Below are positions 7,935 to 13,990 of a stretch of 13,990 nucleotides of DNA, in pieces. This DNA comes from Candidatus Eiseniibacteriota bacterium (GTDB lineage Bacteria; Eisenbacteria; RBG-16-71-46; JABDJR01), in contig CAWANH010000018.1 in the NCBI GenBank assembly GCA_963783375.1, positions 1-13,990 of the forward strand. Reading direction: 5' to 3'. Every line of letters starts with the position of its first letter. Position 1 is the first letter of the stretch. The position numbers and the translations under genes were made by a program. The notes under the pieces were generated by a model, which was given only the letters and a program-made list of their open reading frames with translations, was not told the DNA's origin and searched no databases.

Positions 7935-9614
7935 ATGAAATCCGATCTCAAGCTGGGCCTCTGGAGCACGGTCGACTCCCTGCGGAAGCTCCTCTCCGGG
8001 CTCCGGGACCCGCCCGCCGCCGGCCGGTACGCGCTTCGGACCGCCATGGAGCTCACCGGGAGCGAGGACGGATGCTTCGCGGTGCTCGCGTCGGGACGGG
8101 AGTTTCCCGAGATCCTCTTTCGCGCCCCGTCCTCCGGATCGTGGGACGTGGAGATGCTGGCGAAGTGCCTCCGCCACGGCCCCCGCGGAATCCCCTCCAA
8201 CGTGTTCATCGGGATCGTCACCCGGAAAGAGCGCCCCTGGGGCCTCCTGTGCCTTCGGAACCCGACGCTGTCGCCGGTCCGCCACTGCCGGCAGGCGGTG
8301 CGGGCCATCGCCTCCGCGGTCTCCGACATCGTGAGCGAATCAGACGAGCGCCGGGTGCACGAGGTGCGGGAGAGGATCGACCGGAAGCTCATGGAGCAGT
8401 ACGAGCCCAAGGACCTCCTGTACACGATCCTCCACGGGCTGCGTTCCCTCATCCGTTACGACCACTCCTCGTCGTTGCTCCTGGCCCGGCCGGGGGCGAC
8501 GGAGCTGGAGCTGGTGGCCGAGCAGATCGCGTGGACCAAGGGAAAGAGCACCCGGATCGGCACCCGGCGACCCCTCGCCGCGAACCTGATTCCCCCGGGG
8601 CGGAACGGCGACGTTCATCTCTTCGATCGCCGGAATGGGGTGTGGACCTCCACCGAGGCCTCGGGGTTCGATCCGAAGACCATCGAGACCAACCCCGGCC
8701 CCGACCCGGCCGGAGGTGTTCCCCCCGAAGGGGCCCTGATCTGCGCCCCCTTCCGCACACCGGAGGACACGGTGGCGGTATTGCGCGTGGCCGGCCTCGC
8801 TCCAGGCGCCTTCGGAACCTACGAGGCCAGGTTGGTGGACGCCTTCATTCCCCAGGTTTCCCTGGCCGTCCAGTACTCGGTGCAGCGCGAGACCTATCAC
8901 GAGCGGATCCGGGACGCCCAGCGCCGCCAGACCATCGTGAACGTGGCCCGCGGGATCGCCCACGACGTGAACAACGCGTTGGGGGCGGTGCTCCTGACCA
9001 TCCAGCAGATGCAGGCGGACGTCGAGGCGGGAACCGCCGAGCCCGCGCCGCTGGCGGAGCGGCTTCGGAGCAGCGAGAAGGCGGTGCAGACCTGCCGCCG
9101 GATCTTCGACGGCATGCTCACCGTGGCCCGGGGCCCCGGCCGGCGGGCGGTGGGCCACGGCAACCTCCGCCGGGCGGTGGAAAGCGCGCTCGGGATCTAC
9201 TCCGAGGCTCTCCAGAAGCGGCAGATCGTCACCGAACTCCGCCTTCCCCCCGATCTCCCGGCGGTGCGTTGCGGCCAGAACGATCTCACCTCGCTCTTTC
9301 TGAACCTGATCGGAAACGCCAAGGACGCCATGCCGCGCGGCGGGGGGATGGAGATCGCGGCGGTCCTGAAGGACGGCGAGGTGACGGTGGAGGTCACCGA
9401 CACCGGCTCGGGGATCTCGGAGGACAACCTGAACCGGGTGGGTGAGCCCTTCTTCACCACCAAGACCTCGGGCACCGGGCTCGGGCTCTCGATCTGCCAG
9501 GCCATTCTCGCCGACGTGGGGGGGCGCCTCCGCATCCGGAGCCGCGAGGGCGAGGGGACCCGGGTGGCGATGTGGATTCCCGTGGTCTCGGCGGCGCCGG
9601 GGGACGGGTCATGA
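7935..9614 (+). CDS. soluble sensor histidine kinase (probable GAF-like input domains, HisKA, HATPase)
   Basis: H-box GIAHDVNNALG, N-box NLIGNAKDAM, G1 DTGSGI, F-box EPFFTTK and G2 GTGLGLS. No hydrophobic TM segment is present. The start is placed at ATG 7935 (MKSDLKL, 559 aa) because the 79-codon upstream extension is Pro/Gly/Arg-rich and overlaps promoter elements; this start is uncertain. Confidence 0.92.
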   Translation: MKSDLKLGLWSTVDSLRKLLSGLRDPPAAGRYALRTAMELTGSEDGCFAVLASGREFPEILFRAPSSGSWDVEMLAKCLRHGPRGIPSNVFIGIVTRKERPWGLLCLRNPTLSPVRHCRQAVRAIASAVSDIVSESDERRVHEVRERIDRKLMEQYEPKDLLYTILHGLRSLIRYDHSSSLLLARPGATELELVAEQIAWTKGKSTRIGTRRPLAANLIPPGRNGDVHLFDRRNGVWTSTEASGFDPKTIETNPGPDPAGGVPPEGALICAPFRTPEDTVAVLRVAGLAPGAFGTYEARLVDAFIPQVSLAVQYSVQRETYHERIRDAQRRQTIVNVARGIAHDVNNALGAVLLTIQQMQADVEAGTAEPAPLAERLRSSEKAVQTCRRIFDGMLTVARGPGRRAVGHGNLRRAVESALGIYSEALQKRQIVTELRLPPDLPAVRCGQNDLTSLFLNLIGNAKDAMPRGGGMEIAAVLKDGEVTVEVTDTGSGISEDNLNRVGEPFFTTKTSGTGLGLSICQAILADVGGRLRIRSREGEGTRVAMWIPVVSAAPGDGS

Positions 9615-10735
9615 AGCCCCGGATCCTGATCGTGGACGACGATCCCGAAATGCTTCTCGCGGTGGAGTCGGTCCTCGCCGCCGACTACGAGGTGCGCGCG
9701 CTCCGCGACTCCGCGCGCGCGGAATCCGAGGCCTCGAGCTTCCGCCCGCACATGGCGATCCTGGATCTCCGCATGCCGGAAGTGGACGGCTTCACCCTGC
9801 TCAAGCGGTTGAAGGAACGCATGCCGCACCTCCAGGTCATCCTGATGACGGGAAGCGTCTACGATCTGGACCGGGACCTGGTGCGGTCGGTGCGGGAAAA
9901 GGCGTTCTACTTCATCCAGAAACCCTTCGACCGGGAGGTGCTCCTGACCCTGGTCGAGCGGTGCAACGAGATCCGCGTGCTGGAGGAGGACAAGCGCCGG
10001 CGCCTCAGGGACCTGACCCGGGAACTCGAGGAGGCGGCGCGGTTCCAGCGGAGCCTCCTCCCGCCGGGAGACGCGGGGGCGGCCGGGCTCCGGGTGGCGG
10101 CGCGGCTCCTTCCCCACGATCCGGTGGCCGGGGATCTCTACGACTACGCGGCCGCGGGAGGCGGGGCCTCGTTCCTGGTCGCCGACGTGGTGGGTCACGG
10201 GGTGTCCGCCGCCCTCCTCACCGGGATCGTGAAGGCGGCTTTCGGCGCTTCCCACGCCGAGGGATATGATCCGCTGGCCGTGGTCCGTCGGGTGCGGGCC
10301 GGGTTCCAGGGCTTCCCCCCCGCGCTGTTCGCCACCCTGCTCTGCGCGCGGGTGACCCCGGGCGAAGGAACGCTGGAGTACGTGAACGCCGGGCATCCGG
10401 AGGGTGTGCGCCAGACCCCGGACGGAAGGACCGCGCCGCTCGATTCCACCGGGCCCATGGTGAGCGCCCTCTTCGACGACGCTTCGTGGTCCTCCGCGAG
10501 GCTCCCCTGGGCGGCCGGGGACCGCCTGGTCCTGGTCACCGACGGCCTGCTCGAGGCCCACCGCGGGCATGAGGAGTTCGGTCGGGAACGCCTCCTCTCG
10601 CTGGTGGAGGCGGGCCGCCGCCTGGACGGCCCCGGGCTCGCCGATCGCATCACCGGGGCGGTTCGCAAGTTCGTCCCCAAGGGCGATCTTGACGATGACC
10701 TCACCCTGATGGTGGTGAGCGGCGGCCGGCGATGA
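9611..10735 (+). CDS. response regulator receiver fused to PP2C/SpoIIE (RsbU-type) Ser/Thr phosphatase
   Basis: ATG 9611 overlaps the kinase stop (ATGA); 374 aa. Receiver motifs are ILIVDDD, LDLRMP, MTG and QKPF. The linker is ELEEAARFQRSLLP. PP2C motifs are AGDLYD, VADVVGHG, NAGHP, TDGLLEA and DDLT. Confidence 0.94.
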   Translation: MKPRILIVDDDPEMLLAVESVLAADYEVRALRDSARAESEASSFRPHMAILDLRMPEVDGFTLLKRLKERMPHLQVILMTGSVYDLDRDLVRSVREKAFYFIQKPFDREVLLTLVERCNEIRVLEEDKRRRLRDLTRELEEAARFQRSLLPPGDAGAAGLRVAARLLPHDPVAGDLYDYAAAGGGASFLVADVVGHGVSAALLTGIVKAAFGASHAEGYDPLAVVRRVRAGFQGFPPALFATLLCARVTPGEGTLEYVNAGHPEGVRQTPDGRTAPLDSTGPMVSALFDDASWSSARLPWAAGDRLVLVTDGLLEAHRGHEEFGRERLLSLVEAGRRLDGPGLADRITGAVRKFVPKGDLDDDLTLMVVSGGRR

Positions 10736-10975
10736 TGGCGCCGGGCCGGAGAGGGACGTCCCCGGCGAGCCGCCGCTGAATCACCACCCGACCCGCGGCC
10801 CGCGCACGACCGGGCTAACGGGTTGACCCGGAACCGGTTCCGGTGTTCCCGTCCGGGGGTCGGCGGAGTCGGTGGGCTGGGTCTCGTTAGTTTCCCGTGA
10901 GGAGGGCATTCCGTACTCGTCCGGGGATGCCCCCTTGCGTATACTGCGGCCCGCACCGACGAACAGGAGGTCCGC

Positions 10976-12334
10976 TTGGCCGACGAAACTCCCCCCCATT
11001 CGAGTGCCTTCCGAGTCCGCCGCATCGCCAACTGGTTTCCCCTGGGCATCACCTACGCCACGTTCTACATGGGGCGCTACAACTTCAACGTGGTCAAGGG
11101 CACCATGGGCGATGTCTACCATCTGGACAAGGCCCAGATGGGAGCCATCGCCACCGCCGGGTTCTGGACCTACGCCCTCAGCGTGATCTTCATCGGCCCC
11201 CTGGCCGACCGGATCGGAGGGCGGAAGGCGATTCTCATCGGGGCGGCGGGGGCCGCGCTCCTCAACCTCACCATGGGACTCCTGTTCCTGGGCGACATGA
11301 TGACCAAGCTCATCGTCTCGATGTCGCTCCTCTACTCCCTCAACATGTTCTTCCAGAGCTTCGGCGCGCTCTCCATCGTGAAAGTGAACTCCGCCTGGTT
11401 CCACGTACGGGAGCGGGGGGTCTTCGGCGGCATCTTCGGGATCATGATCTCCAGCGGCTACTTCCTGGCCCTGGCCATCGGCGGCTGGATCCTGGCCCAT
11501 CTGGGCTGGAAGATGGTGTTCATCGTGCCGTCGATCGCCATCTTCACGATGTTCGTGATCGACATCTTCATCGTGAAGGACCGGCCCTCGCAGGCCGGCC
11601 ACCCGGACTTCGACACCGGAGACGCCTCCGCCGGCGACAATTCGCCGGTCAACCTGGGATACATCGCGAAGAAGGTGTTCGGAAACCCCATCCTCCTCAC
11701 CCTGGCCGCGGCGGAGTTCTGCACCGGGTTCGTGAGGCAGGGGCTCCTCCTCTACTTCACCGAGTTCCTCAAGGAGGTCCACCACATCGCCCCGGGATCC
11801 ACCCAGTACTGGTGGACGGGGACGGGGGTGACGATCGGGGGAATCGTCGGGGGTCTCCTCTGCGGATGGATGTCCGACAAGCTATTCCAGTCACGACGGC
11901 CGCCGGTGGCCTTCATCTTCTATATCGGCCAGGCCCTCTCGCTCACCGCCCTCGGGTTCACCCACTCGGGGCTCATGGCCACCTTCCTGATCGGCTTCTC
12001 GTGCATGTGGATCTTCGGAGTCCACGGCATGCTCTCGGGAACCGCCTCCATGGACTTCGGGGGCACGAAGGCGGCGGCCACCGCGGCGGGGATGCTGGAC
12101 GGCGTCCAGTACGTCGCCGCCGGCCTCACCGGGTTCGGCTTGGGGTGGATCCTGGACCGCTTCGGATGGGACGGCGGGGCCGCGACCGCGGGCCATGTCG
12201 CCACCAACGCTCCGGTCTGGGTGTTCTCGATCATCCCGTTCTCTATCCTGGGAGCGCTCATCATGACCCGCATCTGGCGGGCCATGCCCAAGCGCGCGGT
12301 TGCGCTGGCGCCGGGAAATTCCGAGGTCGAGTAG
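10976..12334 (+). CDS. MFS transporter, organophosphate:Pi antiporter (GlpT/UhpC/UhpT)-like
   Basis: 452 aa with a TTG start behind AGGAGG and about 12 hydrophobic segments. It has MFS motif A (GPLADRIGGRK; GWMSDKLFQSRR), WFHVRERG and the OPA-type arginines in FYMGRYNF and GFVRQG. Confidence 0.9.
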   Translation: MADETPPHSSAFRVRRIANWFPLGITYATFYMGRYNFNVVKGTMGDVYHLDKAQMGAIATAGFWTYALSVIFIGPLADRIGGRKAILIGAAGAALLNLTMGLLFLGDMMTKLIVSMSLLYSLNMFFQSFGALSIVKVNSAWFHVRERGVFGGIFGIMISSGYFLALAIGGWILAHLGWKMVFIVPSIAIFTMFVIDIFIVKDRPSQAGHPDFDTGDASAGDNSPVNLGYIAKKVFGNPILLTLAAAEFCTGFVRQGLLLYFTEFLKEVHHIAPGSTQYWWTGTGVTIGGIVGGLLCGWMSDKLFQSRRPPVAFIFYIGQALSLTALGFTHSGLMATFLIGFSCMWIFGVHGMLSGTASMDFGGTKAAATAAGMLDGVQYVAAGLTGFGLGWILDRFGWDGGAATAGHVATNAPVWVFSIIPFSILGALIMTRIWRAMPKRAVALAPGNSEVE

Positions 12335-12368
12335 CGATCGGGGTCCACCGGGTAGCGGGACGGCCCCC

Positions 12369-12390
12369 CCAGGCCGGCTGACCGGCCTGG
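12369..12390 (+). other. perfect GC-rich hairpin downstream of the MFS gene (possible terminator or mRNA stabiliser)
   Basis: CCAGGCCGG-CTGA-CCGGCCTGG forms a 9-bp stem with a 4-nt loop. There is no real U tract. Confidence 0.45.
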
Positions 12391-12399
12391 TCGTGGCCG

Positions 12400-12408
12400 T
12401 GCTAGACT
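12400..12408 (+). promoter_or_regulatory. putative extended -10 promoter element for the adenosine deaminase gene
   Basis: TG-C-TAGACT lies about 80 nt upstream of the start codon. Confidence 0.5.
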
Positions 12409-12487
12409 CCCTCCCCAAATCCAAGGCCCCGAATCGGTTTCCGGGCGCAAGCGGCGCCCGCCACCCCCGGGCCGGGAGGAGGACCCC

Positions 12488-13498
12488 TTGAAGGACTGGA
12501 CCCGCGACGAGAAGATCGAGTACCTGAGGACCAAAGGCCTGGCGGAGATCCACCGCCACTTCGACGGCGCGGTCCGCCCGACCACCCTCTGGAACCTCTC
12601 CCAGAAGTACTACTCGGCCATCCCGGGCATGGACTTCGAGGGCTTCGAGCGGATGCTCTCGTGGGACAAGGCGCACGACCGCAGCCTCCTCGACTACCTC
12701 GACAAGTTCCACATCCCCCTCCAGTACACCCAGTTCTACGACAACATCCGCACCATCACCTTCGAGATCTGCGAGGACGCCTACCGGGACGGCGTCCGGG
12801 CCCTCGAACTCCGGATCAATCCCATCATCCACCGCCGGGCCGGCCTCACCTCGCGCCAGGTCCTGAACGCGGTTCGGGCGGGGATGAAGGACTCGCTGGT
12901 CGAATACCCCGACCTCGAGTTGGGGATCACGGTGATCGCCATCCGAGGCCACGGCGGGAACATGGCCAAGATCCTTCTCCGCGAGGTCGTGGGAGAGTTG
13001 GCCGCGTACCACCAGAGCCCCGGCGTGGTGGGGTTCGACATCGCGGGGGCCGAGCGCCCCTTTCCGCCCGTGCTCTTCAAGGAGGCCTATGCCCTCGCTG
13101 CCCAGATGGGCCTCCGGCTCACCGCTCACGCCGGGGAGGACTCCGGTCCCCGAAACGTCTGGTCGGCGGTGGACGATCTGGGGGTCGAGCGGGTGGGCCA
13201 CGGCACCTCCGCCGTGGAGGACAAGGAACTCATGAGGCGCCTGGCCGCCGATCGCGTGACCCTGGAGGTGTGCATCTCCTCCAACCTCCAGACCGGAGCG
13301 GTGGAGCGGATCGATCATCATCCCATCCGCCGGTTTCTCGAAGCCGGGATTCCGGTCACCCTGGCCACCGACAATCCCACCGTCTCCGCGACCACCCTCA
13401 CCGCGGAATACCTCCTGGCCATCGAGAACTTCGGTCTGACCCAGGAAGAGGTGGATCACCTGATCGAGACCGGCCGGACCTCCTCCTTCGTCGGTTGA
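12488..13498 (+). CDS. add: adenosine deaminase (amidohydrolase superfamily)
   Basis: 336 aa with a TTG start behind GGAGGAGG. Motifs are the Zn-binding EIHRHFDGA, GFDIAGAE, catalytic TAHAGE, RVGHG, EVCISSN and ATDNP. Confidence 0.9.
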   Translation: MKDWTRDEKIEYLRTKGLAEIHRHFDGAVRPTTLWNLSQKYYSAIPGMDFEGFERMLSWDKAHDRSLLDYLDKFHIPLQYTQFYDNIRTITFEICEDAYRDGVRALELRINPIIHRRAGLTSRQVLNAVRAGMKDSLVEYPDLELGITVIAIRGHGGNMAKILLREVVGELAAYHQSPGVVGFDIAGAERPFPPVLFKEAYALAAQMGLRLTAHAGEDSGPRNVWSAVDDLGVERVGHGTSAVEDKELMRRLAADRVTLEVCISSNLQTGAVERIDHHPIRRFLEAGIPVTLATDNPTVSATTLTAEYLLAIENFGLTQEEVDHLIETGRTSSFVG

Positions 13499-13652
13499 GG
13501 CGTGTCGCGCCGGACCGGTCGATGCGGCTTTAATCAATTGGACCCAAACGAGTTAAAAGATGACCGGTCCCGTGAGGAGCTTCCCTGATTTCGCTCCGCG
13601 GGAAGGAAACGGCGACCGCGCCGGTATGGGAAGCGAGCCGGGGGTAGGGTCG

Positions 13653-13682
13653 TTGTGTGTGCCGACAGGGGTGGGATACACT
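13653..13682 (+). promoter_or_regulatory. putative sigma70-type promoter for the TPR-like protein gene
   Basis: TTGTGT (13653-13658), 18-nt spacer, TACACT (13677-13682). Confidence 0.4.
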
Positions 13683-13747
13683 CCACCCCGTTTGCAAGGC
13701 GGCGGATCACACGGCCCTCTGGGGCAACGGACACAGGAGGAAGGACA

Positions 13748-13990
13748 TTGAACTCTCGGTTCAGAAACTACGGGATCGCGGTCGCAGCGCTGGTGGCTTC
13801 GGCTTCCCTTTCTCACCCCGCCGTGGCACAGAAGATCAACTGCTCCAATGAGTTCCGGAGCGGAAAGCTCTATTTCTCGCAAGGGGTCTTCGACAAGGCG
13901 GTCGATCACTTCGCGCTTTCCGTGGAAGCTTGCCCGGAGAAGGGGGAATATCGCGCCCGCTACGCGATGGCCCTGTCCCAACGGGCCTCC
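13748..13990 (+). CDS. secreted tetratricopeptide-repeat-like protein, 5' partial (runs off window)
   Basis: TTG at 13748 follows AGGAGGAAGGA, and the frame is open to the window end: MNSRFRNYGIAVAALVASASLSHPAVA|QKINCSNEFRSGKLYFSQGVFDKAVDHFALSVEACPEKGEYRARYAMALSQRAS. It has a Sec signal peptide with an AVA cleavage site and a TPR pattern (G..YF..G.F..A...F..S....P). It is not in the ORF track. Confidence 0.8.
   Translation, partial: MNSRFRNYGIAVAALVASASLSHPAVAQKINCSNEFRSGKLYFSQGVFDKAVDHFALSVEACPEKGEYRARYAMALSQRAS

Noticed and set aside
12335-12360. GGTAGCGGG resembling the 3' part of a c-di-GMP-I riboswitch
   Set aside because: The upstream GCAAA/GNRA-receptor elements are missing and the space is occupied by the MFS coding end.
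13360-13380. Adenosine deaminase TDNP instead of the canonical (S/T)DDP
   Set aside because: The metal-binding Asp is retained, and Asp-Asn variants occur in many bacterial ADA-family proteins.
13529-13560. AT-rich stretch as a dif (XerCD) site
   Set aside because: Only GTTAAA matches the XerD arm. The TTAT and the XerC arm are absent.

Overview
High-GC bacterial chromosomal window with no mobile element, RNA gene or CRISPR array. From left to right it holds a GNAT acetyltransferase and a hypothetical lipoprotein (+), a cysK-cysE cysteine biosynthesis operon (-), an RND efflux MFP and permease pair (-), a soluble histidine kinase coupled to a receiver/PP2C(SpoIIE) phosphatase (+), a GlpT/UhpC-like MFS transporter and an adenosine deaminase (+), and the 5' end of a secreted TPR-like protein that runs off the window. 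The main finding lies in the 339-nt gap upstream of cysK and is absent from the ORF track. It comprises a sigma70-type promoter (TTGAAG-17-TATACT), an SD-led 40-codon ORF with five consecutive Cys codons ([17 protein letters not shown]...), mutually exclusive RNA pairings and a GAAA-loop terminator hairpin with a U-rich tail. Together these look like a complete ribosome-mediated, cysteine-sensing transcription attenuator for cysK-cysE. All calls come from reading the sequence by eye; no searches or folding programs were run.
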